24,000 nucleotides of DNA from Methanosarcinaceae archaeon (GCA_023544565.1 JAMJFS010000005.1:9453-33452); one strand, 5' to 3'; positions 9,244 through 17,916 are shown, counted from the stretch's first letter. Notes: generated from the sequence alone by a model not told the origin. Translations and numbers: made by a program.

Positions 9244-10488
9244 ATGGCTGGATTTGCTAATAAAATAAAGAAATTAACTGGTGCATTCAGTAAAAAAGGT
9301 ACACTCAACGAGGCTGCATCACCATTTGACACCGTAGCCCCACCATTTGGTAATAATCCATTTGATACGGGAGGAGTTTCAGGCATGTCTGCAGGTGGTC
9401 CACCAGATATAGGATCAGTTCCAAATATGGCGGCGGGTGGTCCCCCAGGCATGGGAATCGATCCATCTGCACAGCAGGCAACCGCATCAGTCGATAATAA
9501 GATGGCAGAAGAGAACTCAAAAAAGATCATTAATCTCGAAAGCAGGTTATCAAAAGTTGATGTAAACATATCAATGGTGCAACGTGAAAGCGTAGAGGTT
9601 AAAAAAACAGTTGAGAAGATCGACCAGAGCGTGCTTGAACTTTTATCCCTTTATGAAATTGTATCTAATCAGGTAAACCCTTTTGTTGGTGAAGCTGGAA
9701 CAGATCGCGAGAGCATCGAACGTTTTGAAAAAGATGAAAAACGGATGACTGAACTCGGTGACGTCATAGTAATGTTAAAGAATGAGATCGATGTTTTATC
9801 ACAGCGTGCTGAAATACCCCGCGTGGCACCCGAAACCGACGGGAAGATCAGTGATATCGATACAAAGATTGACGCATTTGCAGATGCAATGGTATCATTA
9901 CATGAAAGCATAGAAGTTATATCAATAAAAACAGATGAACTGGTTCTAAAAACCGGACAACTGAATCAGGATATAGTTGATCTGGCAGACACCACAAGCA
10001 ATATCTCAAAAAGGGTAGATGATCTGGAAAAGATCGATTTCACAAAGATGGCACAAACAGTGCCTACAGTGGAAGAAGATAATACTTCTGAAAATGAACA
10101 GGTGTCTGAGGTCAAAACACAGAATGGACATTCTATCATACGTCTGGATAGTATCAAACGCGACCCGATGAGTGTGGTCGTATTGCTTAACTGGATCGAA
10201 TTTTTAATGGAGCGTGTTGGAAGGAATAATCTCATGGATGCGCTTGACTACTATGTAGATATCGAATGGATCAGTGAAAATGTGCGTTCTGAAATAATGG
10301 CATATGCACGGGGCATCGATTATTATGTTGAAAAACCGACATGGAGACTGCTTCCCGAAGACCATACAAAATCCCTTCTGTTCATTGAGAGGCTCTGTGG
10401 ACGCAAGATTGATAAGAACATGCTAAGCACGATCGATCGGGAGATGTCAAAGGTCAAGCACGGCTTAGAGGAATTGTATGGGATTTGA
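9244..10488 (+). CDS. arlCDE: Archaellum accessory protein, fused FlaC/FlaD/E-type (ArlCDE)
   Basis: Gly/Pro-rich N-terminus, long coiled-coil middle, and a C-terminal FlaD/E-type domain (DPMSVVVLLNWIEFLMERVGRNNLMDALDYYVDIEWIS). It sits first in an F-G-H-I-J gene order. Confidence 0.85.
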   Translation: MAGFANKIKKLTGAFSKKGTLNEAASPFDTVAPPFGNNPFDTGGVSGMSAGGPPDIGSVPNMAAGGPPGMGIDPSAQQATASVDNKMAEENSKKIINLESRLSKVDVNISMVQRESVEVKKTVEKIDQSVLELLSLYEIVSNQVNPFVGEAGTDRESIERFEKDEKRMTELGDVIVMLKNEIDVLSQRAEIPRVAPETDGKISDIDTKIDAFADAMVSLHESIEVISIKTDELVLKTGQLNQDIVDLADTTSNISKRVDDLEKIDFTKMAQTVPTVEEDNTSENEQVSEVKTQNGHSIIRLDSIKRDPMSVVVLLNWIEFLMERVGRNNLMDALDYYVDIEWISENVRSEIMAYARGIDYYVEKPTWRLLPEDHTKSLLFIERLCGRKIDKNMLSTIDREMSKVKHGLEELYGI

Positions 10489-10909
10489 AACATCTGTTGT
10501 AATTGCCATTTTCTTTTTGTCAGCTATGGTCCTTGGAACCACGGCATATGTAGTAATGAGTTCTTCACAGGATCTGGTGGATGATGCATCGTATGAGCAA
10601 AATGAAATGCAGATCAAACGTTTGCATACTGATATTGTAATAGATATTTCTACGCCAACAGGTTCGGCTGCATTATATGACCTAGCGCTTACGATTACAA
10701 ATACAGGAAGCAAGACATTAAAATCGGATGAATTGAATGTATTGGTCGATGGAATAATTCAAACATATACTTTCACACCAACAACAACAACATGGACGCC
10801 GGATGAGGAAAAAATACTTTCAATTGAAGGACTTTCGGGGGGAGGCTCACATAGGGTTAAAGTGGTAACAGAGAACGGAATCTCCGATTACGATACATAC
10901 AATGTTTGA
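10478..10909 (+). CDS. arlF: Archaellum stator/S-layer-binding protein FlaF (ArlF)
   Basis: MGFETS N-terminus with a single TM helix followed by a beta-rich domain. It overlaps arlCDE by 11 nt and is a paralog of the next gene (shared ...V[KR]VV[TS]ENG.SD ending). Confidence 0.75.
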   Translation: MGFETSVVIAIFFLSAMVLGTTAYVVMSSSQDLVDDASYEQNEMQIKRLHTDIVIDISTPTGSAALYDLALTITNTGSKTLKSDELNVLVDGIIQTYTFTPTTTTWTPDEEKILSIEGLSGGGSHRVKVVTENGISDYDTYNV

Positions 10910-11016
10910 GCAGATATACACAGAATGTTTAAAAATGAATTCACGTAGTTAAAGTATTAAAATAATCAACTTTATATCAATTATACACATAATAGAATTA
11001 AAATAAAGGTCTGAAC

Positions 11017-11502
11017 ATGTTGTTCTCACGCACAATTTTCAAGGATGAACGGGCAGAAACTGCCATTACCCATATGATATTTTTCATAGCTGCAGTCGTA
11101 TTGGCAATGGGAGTTGTTGCAGTTCTATCCACAAATGTCCAATCCATATCAGGTGCAACCACGGCAGGCAGCAAAGTAATGTCTGATCAGTTAAGGACTG
11201 ATATTACAATTATAAATGATCCGAATGAGGTGCCATACATTAACAATGAAAATTATACGTTCTATGTCAAAAACACAGGAAGATCCGAGCTTAACATTGA
11301 TTATGTGAATATTATTTTGGATGGTGTGTTGATCCAATCGAATAATCAGGATATTACTGTTTTGGATGGAGATGTGGTGTGGCGACCGGGCGATGTTCTG
11401 GGCATAAATGTAACAATAAGCCAACTAAGTTCAGGGGATCACAGTGTTCGTGTGGTATCAGAAAATGGCAAATCAGATGCCATGAATTTTATAACTCCTT
11501 AA
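11017..11502 (+). CDS. arlG: Archaellum protein FlaG (ArlG)
   Basis: N-terminal TM helix (ITHMIFFIAAVVLAMGVVAVL) with a FlaF/G-type beta domain. Position in the operon is consistent. Confidence 0.75.
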   Translation: MLFSRTIFKDERAETAITHMIFFIAAVVLAMGVVAVLSTNVQSISGATTAGSKVMSDQLRTDITIINDPNEVPYINNENYTFYVKNTGRSELNIDYVNIILDGVLIQSNNQDITVLDGDVVWRPGDVLGINVTISQLSSGDHSVRVVSENGKSDAMNFITP

Positions 11503-11529
11503 AAACATTGATGGATAGAGGTAATTACA

Positions 11530-12225
11530 GTGGCTAATGTTTGTTCGTTTGAGATTCCAAGAGATGAGTTTAACAGAAAACTGGGCGGAGGTTTCCCTCC
11601 CGGTTCTTTAGTGGTTATCGAAGGTGGTAGTGGCGGTGGAAAAAGTACGATCTGTCAACGTCTTATATTTGGATTGTTGGAAAATCAAAATAGTGTAACA
11701 TTCGTGTCAACACAACAGACTACAAAAGGATTCATAAACCAGATGTATTCACTTGATTATCCAATTGCGACATATTTACTAAATGGGAGTTTCCTTTTCA
11801 TTCCTGTCATTCCACTGGTTCAGGCTGCAAAATCAAGGATCGATTTTCTTGAACGTTTGATGGGTGCAAAGGATTTGTTTGAGAATAATATAATTGTCAT
11901 TGATACAATTTCTTCTTTAATTAAATACAGTGTGGACAATGAAAAAAGTCTTGATCTAGTCTCATTTTTCAAAAAACTGAATGGAATGGGAAAGATTATA
12001 ATTTTGACTGTTGAGCCAAGCCAATTAAGTGAAGATATAACTTCTATGTTTCGCTCTTCGTGTGATATTTACATAAGTTTAATGGTGAAACCAATGGCTA
12101 ATGAGGTCAAGCGTACAGTAGTTGTTAACAAATTCACAGGAGCCAAGGGGCCTGTGGGGCAGATGATAGGATTTAGGATCGAACCGAAGGTAGGTCTTGT
12201 CGTAGAGATTGCGGCGGTTGGTTAA
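11530..12225 (+). CDS. arlH: Archaellum KaiC-like ATP-binding protein FlaH (ArlH)
   Basis: GTG start after GAGGTAA. Walker A GGSGGGKST and a RecA/KaiC-like single domain of 231 aa, located immediately upstream of flaI. Confidence 0.9.
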   Translation: MANVCSFEIPRDEFNRKLGGGFPPGSLVVIEGGSGGGKSTICQRLIFGLLENQNSVTFVSTQQTTKGFINQMYSLDYPIATYLLNGSFLFIPVIPLVQAAKSRIDFLERLMGAKDLFENNIIVIDTISSLIKYSVDNEKSLDLVSFFKKLNGMGKIIILTVEPSQLSEDITSMFRSSCDIYISLMVKPMANEVKRTVVVNKFTGAKGPVGQMIGFRIEPKVGLVVEIAAVG

Positions 12226-12226
12226 A

Positions 12227-12286
12227 CGAGATAATTCTTCCTTCGATCAAATTGACTCAGACTATATAATTCTATAAATTATATAG
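12227..12286 (+). repeat. Family-A intergenic element, copy 3 (hairpin + TATA-like tail) filling the arlH-arlI spacer
   Basis: CGAGATAATTC-ttccttcgatc-AAATTGACTCAG-actatataattctataaatt starts 1 nt after the arlH TAA. By eye it matches the reverse strand of 22453-22511 at nearly every position over ~55 nt. Confidence 0.75.
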
Positions 12287-12312
12287 TATAAAAAATTGGA
12301 AGGTAATGTAAT

Positions 12313-13965
12313 ATGGATCCGGAATTCGAAAAAGCACTGCAAAGAAATCCACATCTTGGAGTATACCTAAACGAGTTCAGGCAAAAAACAGGAACAATCC
12401 CTGATTTTGTCGTAAAATTGTCAAAAGATCTGGATGAGGAGAATGTCAATTTGATTCTTCCTGTGGGTGACCCTGTGTTTATCCATATATACGGGACAGC
12501 CGAGATGGGGGTAGCTCGATATTATACCATTGAACCACCTCTCTTTCCGAAGGAAAAAAGAAAATATACTGCCATCATGAGTATGATCCTTGAGAAATCT
12601 TCCAAAGAGCCAGTGCCGGATGGAGAAAGCGAACTCAAATCATTAATCTCAAAACTTCTTAATGAATCGATTGATATTGGTGCCGGGGGTGATCTCCCAG
12701 ATGAAAATGAAAAACCCGGTCTTTTGCAGAAATTGATCCCAACACAAAAAAAAGTACCGCTTGATCAACAAGAGTACAACAAAATACTATATTATATTGA
12801 GCGAAACATCATTGGTTCGGGCCCTATCGAACCTATTATCAGAGATCCTTATCTTGAAGATATCCATAGTATCGGCATTAGTGGTGTGTTCATTGTCCAC
12901 AAGATATTAGGCATGATGGAAACAGACCTATCATTTGGTGATGACGCCGGATTGGATAGTTGGCTTCGTAGTATGAGTGAACGTATCGGTCGACCTGTAA
13001 GTGATGCCAAGCCTATCGCTGATGGTGCATTGCCCGATGGTTCACGTATCAATATTATTTACAGTCCTGATATCAGTCGGCGTGGAAGCAGTTTCACAAT
13101 GCGTAAGTTTAGTGACGTTCCTGTGAGTATTATTCAGTTGATCAACTGGGGTGCTGTTAATTGCGATATGGCAGCGTATATGTGGATGTTACTTGAGAAT
13201 GGTATGAGTATCTTCTTTAGTGGTGAGACGGCAAGTGGTAAAACAACAATGTTGAATGCATGTCTGTCTTTTATAAATCCTAAATCAAAGATTTTTACAA
13301 CTGAAGATACCGCCGAGGTTCAGCCCCCACATGCTGTTTGGCAGCAGTTGATCACTCGTGAAGACGGACCCCCTGATTCAAGGGTAGATACATTTACGTT
13401 GCTTAAAGCTGCTTTGCGTTCAAGACCAAACTATATCATTGTTGGTGAGATTCGAGGTGTTGAAGGAGCAGTGGCATTCCAGGGTATGCAGACAGGGCAC
13501 CCTGTTTTGGCTACATTTCACGCATCAGCAATTACAAAGATGATCCAGCGTTTAACAGGCGACCCTATCAATGTTCCTGTGACTTTTATTGATAATCTTA
13601 ATGTTGGAATGATACTGCAGGCAGTATATCGAAAGGGAAAGTTCCTGCGGCGCTGCATCTCAATTGATGAGATCGAAGGCTATTATGAAGAAGCCGGCGG
13701 TGTGGTTACAAGAGCAGTATTCCAGTGGGACCCGGAAACAGATACACACGCTTTTAGGGGTTTGAACAATAGTTTTATTCTTGAAAATAAGATCGCTACT
13801 AAATTGGGATATGAGGACAAACGTCAAATATATGAGGATATGTTCTTACGTTCAAGGATACTGCAAGAAATGCAAGCACGCGGCATTGAAGATTATTATG
13901 AAGTGAATAATCTACTGATTAATTTCTATCGACATGGTATTGATGGGTTGCCATTCCCGATATAA
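12313..13965 (+). CDS. arlI: Archaellum motor ATPase FlaI (ArlI), type II/IV secretion ATPase family
   Basis: Walker A GETASGKTT, Walker B NYIIVGEIRG, His-box TGHPVLATFHA. 550 aa. Confidence 0.95.
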   Translation: MDPEFEKALQRNPHLGVYLNEFRQKTGTIPDFVVKLSKDLDEENVNLILPVGDPVFIHIYGTAEMGVARYYTIEPPLFPKEKRKYTAIMSMILEKSSKEPVPDGESELKSLISKLLNESIDIGAGGDLPDENEKPGLLQKLIPTQKKVPLDQQEYNKILYYIERNIIGSGPIEPIIRDPYLEDIHSIGISGVFIVHKILGMMETDLSFGDDAGLDSWLRSMSERIGRPVSDAKPIADGALPDGSRINIIYSPDISRRGSSFTMRKFSDVPVSIIQLINWGAVNCDMAAYMWMLLENGMSIFFSGETASGKTTMLNACLSFINPKSKIFTTEDTAEVQPPHAVWQQLITREDGPPDSRVDTFTLLKAALRSRPNYIIVGEIRGVEGAVAFQGMQTGHPVLATFHASAITKMIQRLTGDPINVPVTFIDNLNVGMILQAVYRKGKFLRRCISIDEIEGYYEEAGGVVTRAVFQWDPETDTHAFRGLNNSFILENKIATKLGYEDKRQIYEDMFLRSRILQEMQARGIEDYYEVNNLLINFYRHGIDGLPFPI

Positions 13966-13976
13966 GGTGATCTGAT

Positions 13977-15632
13977 ATGAATTACAAGCAGGCATTTCAC
14001 AGCATTGATATGGAACCGGCTGATTATGCCAAAAAGTTTGCTATCCCCGTAATTGTTTTTGGTTTTGTCTTTTCGTATATATTATATGCATTTTTACCAA
14101 CACTTTTTGTTGGACCTGCCAAATATATACCGGCTTTACTTCCGGTTATCTGTATATTGTTTGCTGTATACTATCCAATGTCTATGGCTGCCGGAAAGGC
14201 TGCTGAGATCGACAATAATATGCACTATTACATCACACAGATGGGTTCGATTGCAACAGCAGAAACACCGAGACTTGATATTATCCGTATAGTTTCAGAG
14301 AATAAGGATTACCTGTATCTCGCCAGTGAAACAAAGAAGATCTATAATCTTGTAACTGTATGGAACATGAGTCTTGCAGAAGCTTGTAAGTTCATATCCA
14401 GGCGTACACCTTCCATAATTTTTGAGGATTTTTTGGACAGATTCGCACATGGATTGCAGTCAGGCGAGGAAATTAAATCATTCTTATCTGCTGAGCAAAA
14501 TGTTGTTATGAATGAATATGAATCTATGTATAATGGTGCACTTTATACAATAGAGATCATCAAGGAATTATTCGTATCACTGGTCATGTCACTCATATTT
14601 CTTGCATCATTTGCAGTTATCATGCCTGTTATCACCGGTATGGATGCAATCTTGCTTATGAGCATTGTTGTTCTAACTTTTGTTGGAACTGATATTGGCA
14701 TGGTATTCTATACAAAGAGCATGGTGCCAAGGGATCCCACGTGGCAGCAAACAAAAATAATGACGGATGCAAAACTAAAATTGAATCGTTCAATTCCTGT
14801 TTCTATTTTAGGATGTATTGTGGTCACGATCATTGTAATATTATATGGTAAAATGACACTGCCAATAGCAGTTGCAATGTGTTTGACCCCACTTATTTAT
14901 ACAGGCCAAATTTCACGAAAGATCGAAAAAGGCATAAGACGCAGGGATGAAAATTATCCGTCATTTATTAGGTCACTTGGCAGTTCTGCAGGCGCTCGCG
15001 GTGGTTTAATCGATGATGCATTAAAAGCCCTTCGTGCACATGATTTTGGTCCTTTGACAAGTGATGTGAATAATCTTTACAAAAGACTTACAACAAGAAT
15101 TGACAAGGTAAGTTCTTGGAATATGTTTTCAGCGAGTACAGGGAGTAACCTCATACAACGGTTTAGTGTTATGTTTGTAGAATCCACTCATCTTGGCGGT
15201 AAACCGGAAATAATTGGAGATATTATTGCCACCAATTTCCATCGAATTGTAACTCTTAGAAAAAAACGTTACCAATCAGCATCAAGTCTGGTCGGTGTTT
15301 TGTATGGTTTGACAGGCGGTATTGGATTTACGATGTATATCTCTCTTGGTGTTGTTGACCTGATGCAAGAAATGTTTGCCAGTGTAGAAATGCCAGCAGG
15401 AATGTCCATGGGTATGATCCTGTATACTGATGTTGGAAGCATTGAAACATTATCTGCCATGATCTTGTTAACAATGATTGCACATTCGTTGTTTTCAGCA
15501 ATTCTCATTCGTGTAGTAGATGGCGGAAATATGTTAAGCGCATCGACCGATTTTGTGATAATGGTATGGATATCCGGAATTAGTGCAGTTGTTACGACAT
15601 CAGGTGTTGCATCACTGCTTGGTGTAACTTGA
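13977..15632 (+). CDS. arlJ: Archaellum platform membrane protein FlaJ (ArlJ)
   Basis: A 551 aa polytopic membrane protein with two cytoplasmic TadB/C-like soluble loops, immediately after flaI. Confidence 0.9.
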   Translation: MNYKQAFHSIDMEPADYAKKFAIPVIVFGFVFSYILYAFLPTLFVGPAKYIPALLPVICILFAVYYPMSMAAGKAAEIDNNMHYYITQMGSIATAETPRLDIIRIVSENKDYLYLASETKKIYNLVTVWNMSLAEACKFISRRTPSIIFEDFLDRFAHGLQSGEEIKSFLSAEQNVVMNEYESMYNGALYTIEIIKELFVSLVMSLIFLASFAVIMPVITGMDAILLMSIVVLTFVGTDIGMVFYTKSMVPRDPTWQQTKIMTDAKLKLNRSIPVSILGCIVVTIIVILYGKMTLPIAVAMCLTPLIYTGQISRKIEKGIRRRDENYPSFIRSLGSSAGARGGLIDDALKALRAHDFGPLTSDVNNLYKRLTTRIDKVSSWNMFSASTGSNLIQRFSVMFVESTHLGGKPEIIGDIIATNFHRIVTLRKKRYQSASSLVGVLYGLTGGIGFTMYISLGVVDLMQEMFASVEMPAGMSMGMILYTDVGSIETLSAMILLTMIAHSLFSAILIRVVDGGNMLSASTDFVIMVWISGISAVVTTSGVASLLGVT

Positions 15633-15739
15633 TGGAAATACAAAAATACGCAGGTTTATATCCAGACATGATGCGGATCGTATTTGTATAGTTGCGGCAA
15701 GAAATCTGCGTAAATAAAATTGTTTTATCTAAAACCAAT

Positions 15740-15791
15740 ACAACCGCCGTAGGCGGCACAATCCCGCACCACTGCCCCTATAAATATAAAC
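15740..15791 (+). repeat. GC-rich hairpin element (CCGCC-GTA-GGCGG) with AATCC box and TATA-like tail; related to family B and to 19568-19602
   Basis: ACAACCGCCGTAGGCGGCACAATCCCGCACCACTG versus the reverse complement of 19568-19602, ACAACCGCCGCAGGCGGCGCATTCTAACACCACTG (about 29/35 identical by eye). The tail is cccctataaatataaac. Confidence 0.6.
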
Positions 15792-15865
15792 TTTTCCGAC
15801 AGAATATGGTGAGATTGTATTCTCCGAATTAATGCGATTGTAAGTGATTATTTTCTCTTGGCACA

Positions 15866-15917
15866 TATTTACAATTATATAGTACGAGTTAACACAAATA
15901 AAGTAAGCATTATCTCA
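15866..15917 (-). repeat. Family-A intergenic element, copy 4 (diverged hairpin + TATA-like tail)
   Basis: Reverse strand reads TGAGATAATGCttactttatttgtgTTAACTCGtactatataattgtaaat, which aligns with copy 3 (CGAGATAATTCttccttcgatcAAATTGACTCAGactatataattctataaat). Confidence 0.6.
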
Positions 15918-15922
15918 TTGAT

Positions 15923-15985
15923 GGAGGAACGCGCCGCTTACGGAGGATTGTATCGGCATCAAAAATATCTAAACAAATACTGCGA
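15923..15985 (-). repeat. Family-B intergenic element (copy e2)
   Basis: Reverse strand reads cagtatttgtttagatatTTTTGATGCCGAtacAATCCtccgtaaGCGGCgcgttcc, which aligns with 19314-19373 and 19416-19475. Confidence 0.65.
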
Positions 15986-16060
15986 ATTTATGGATTGGAG
16001 TTCGGTATTTGATTCTAAAGCATCAGTTTTATCGTTCAAAAGTGTATCCTGAATTTTGCT

Positions 16061-17110
16061 CTATGTATCATCGTCATCCGAATACTTTGCAGAGATCACA
16101 TTCCTAAATTCATTAACATTTTCCAGCAACTCTTCTTTGGATGTGGTTGATGTGGAAAAGTCCAAAAATAATACTAGTATGTGTTTTGATTTTTTTATTT
16201 TCGCACTAAGAACTTTAATGTTCAATCTTTCAATGGAATCGAATATTTGATCTACGACAGAAAGACCATAAATTTTGATGTGTAAAACTTCGATATATTT
16301 CTTGTCGTAAACTATCCCTGAGTCATCTGCCAGTATCACTACGCCTTTCTCGTATTTTGACATAAGATGTTTGGACGCCAAAGTGATACCTAGAGCACAA
16401 AAAATTGCAAGCATAAATGCATTTTTTGAAAATATTACACCCATGTTATTCCAATCAAGCACCACTTCTTCGGATGTGAATAAAGAACCCATGGAATATG
16501 TGGTATGGGGATCATGACATCCCACACATTTATTATCATTCTCTCCATGATTCCCCTAACTCATATTATTCATCTGGGCTGAATGGCAGATATTACATAG
16601 ATCATTGCTTTCGCTAAGATCTGCGATAAATGAACCTGTTTTTAATTTATCTCCGGAATGGCATGTATTGCAATGTTCCATCCAACTATGATTTCCGCTG
16701 CTAAAATTACTCCTGACATCAGCATGGACATTTGGAGACGACAATGGACCGTGACAGGATGAACAAGATTCTGCACCCGGTATGTGATTGGCATGACAAT
16801 CTAAGCAATCCGGAGTATGATGACAAGGGGCACAATTTTCAGCCCTGCGGTCAATACCATTGTGTATACGGTGGTAATCTTCCCGTCCGTCGATCGTGTG
16901 CAATGAACTGTGGTCACTAGCGTGACAGTTTTCACATTTGGCCTGTGTTGCGATTGCAGATTGAGTTGATATATTTGTATTGTGACATGCGCTACACTAA
17001 TTGTCTTCTAAAGAAATGATTTCATTCTCAGATGCAAATGCATTTCCAACAAACAATAATAGTAACATTGAAAACAAAACCGTTTTTATTACTTTATCGA
17101 TTGTCATCAT
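16061..17110 (-). CDS. Membrane-anchored octahaem c-type cytochrome read as ONE frame through two in-frame TAG codons (16997-16999 and 16556-16558); candidate pyrrolysine/read-through gene or recent pseudogene
   Basis: Track ORFs 16556..16903 and 16061..16525 are in the same frame, as is the upstream stretch to ATG 17110. Hand translation: MMTIDKVIKTVLFSMLLLLFVGNAFASENEIISLEDN-TAG-CSACH..CENCH..(CAPCH, CLDCH, CSSCH, CNTCH, CNICH)..NNMS-TAG-GNHGENDNKCVGCH..TM helix AFMLAIFCALGITLA..~100 aa C-terminal domain. The frame ends at a third TAG (16061-16063); the next in-frame TGA is at 15959-15961. Confidence 0.6.
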
Positions 17111-17316
17111 TATCACTATTGTTACAAAAGAGGGCAAATTCCCCAAACCTTCGATTTTACCAATATATATACACCCTATAATTTAATAAAAGTGTTCCTA
17201 ATTTATTGTGTAAGATGGTGGCAGGGTTTGTCTGCCATATCACTTAAGGGTTGTTTGAAATAATCGAAACTCTTTCCAGTCAGTTGCCCCTAATTTTTAA
17301 AAAACGCAAACCGTCA

Positions 17317-17916
17317 TCACCTCTCCTTGAAAACGACATCAATAGCAAGCCCCGCCGCAAGCAGCATCATATTTGTCTTGTGGTCGGAAAACTTCTCATC
17401 GATCGAGATCATATAAGTGTCCGCAGTAGTGAATAACTCCTTACCGATGCCGGCCCACTTTTTCGTCACCGTGCCGATCTCTGCACCTTTGGGGTCGAGA
17501 AACTTGAAATTCCATCCCTTCCAATCTCCTTTTATGTTCGCGATCTTATTATCCTGCATATCGAACACATTAAAACCGCCGCCGATTGTCAGTATCTTGC
17601 TCTTGAAATATCCAATGGGCATATCGTTTCCATCAATGACCTGCACTTTAGAGCGAATTATCGGCATGTGCTTACGTATTGAAAATACTGGCGCTGCATC
17701 TTCATTCTCATATATATTGACTGTAGTTGGAAGATATCTTTTCTTCATAACTAACCGCATGTATTTCAAAAAACTGGACGGTTCATCCTTCACAATACCG
17801 ATCTGCTCGCCTGATTGTGGATCAAAGATATCATACCTGTCCACAAGTTTCAAAATTCTGGCATGTTCCTTAATAAGATACAAGTTCCTGTCTAACATAT
17901 TTTCAAACTCCAACAT
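17317..17916 (-). CDS. Phospholipid scramblase / LURP-one-related (tubby-C-like) family protein
   Basis: Repetitive beta-hairpin pattern and a C-terminal WAGIGKELFTTADTYMISIDEKF...MMLLAAGLAIDVVFKE. This resembles the scramblase-family tail (FTDADNF...LGA.FLID..FFE) recalled from memory. Confidence 0.6.
   Translation of the reverse strand: MLEFENMLDRNLYLIKEHARILKLVDRYDIFDPQSGEQIGIVKDEPSSFLKYMRLVMKKRYLPTTVNIYENEDAAPVFSIRKHMPIIRSKVQVIDGNDMPIGYFKSKILTIGGGFNVFDMQDNKIANIKGDWKGWNFKFLDPKGAEIGTVTKKWAGIGKELFTTADTYMISIDEKFSDHKTNMMLLAAGLAIDVVFKER

Noticed and set aside
15740-15775. The AATCC-containing GC-rich elements looked tRNA-like (T-loop-like ...AATCC...).
   Set aside because: I could not fold a cloverleaf, acceptor stem or anticodon arm around any copy, so I do not call a tRNA or tRNA fragment.
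15858-16250. Two 64 aa plus-strand ORFs (15858..16052, 16056..16250).
   Set aside because: They overlap repeat elements and the C-terminal part of the minus-strand cytochrome gene. They have no start context or motifs and are judged spurious.
16061-16525. Track ORF treated as an independent 154 aa protein starting at GTG.
   Set aside because: The GTG is the V of a CVGCH haem motif whose first Cys lies upstream of it. The ORF is in frame with the upstream cytochrome and separated from it only by TAG.
16556-16903. Track ORF treated as a stand-alone 115 aa cytochrome starting at TTG.
   Set aside because: It lacks a signal peptide and cuts off two upstream in-frame CxxCH motifs. The same frame continues upstream through a TAG to a proper signal peptide, so it is merged into the 16061..17110 call.
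16061-17110. Selenocysteine or programmed frameshifting as an explanation for the split cytochrome.
   Set aside because: The interruptions are TAG, not TGA, and the frame is unchanged across both, so neither mechanism fits.
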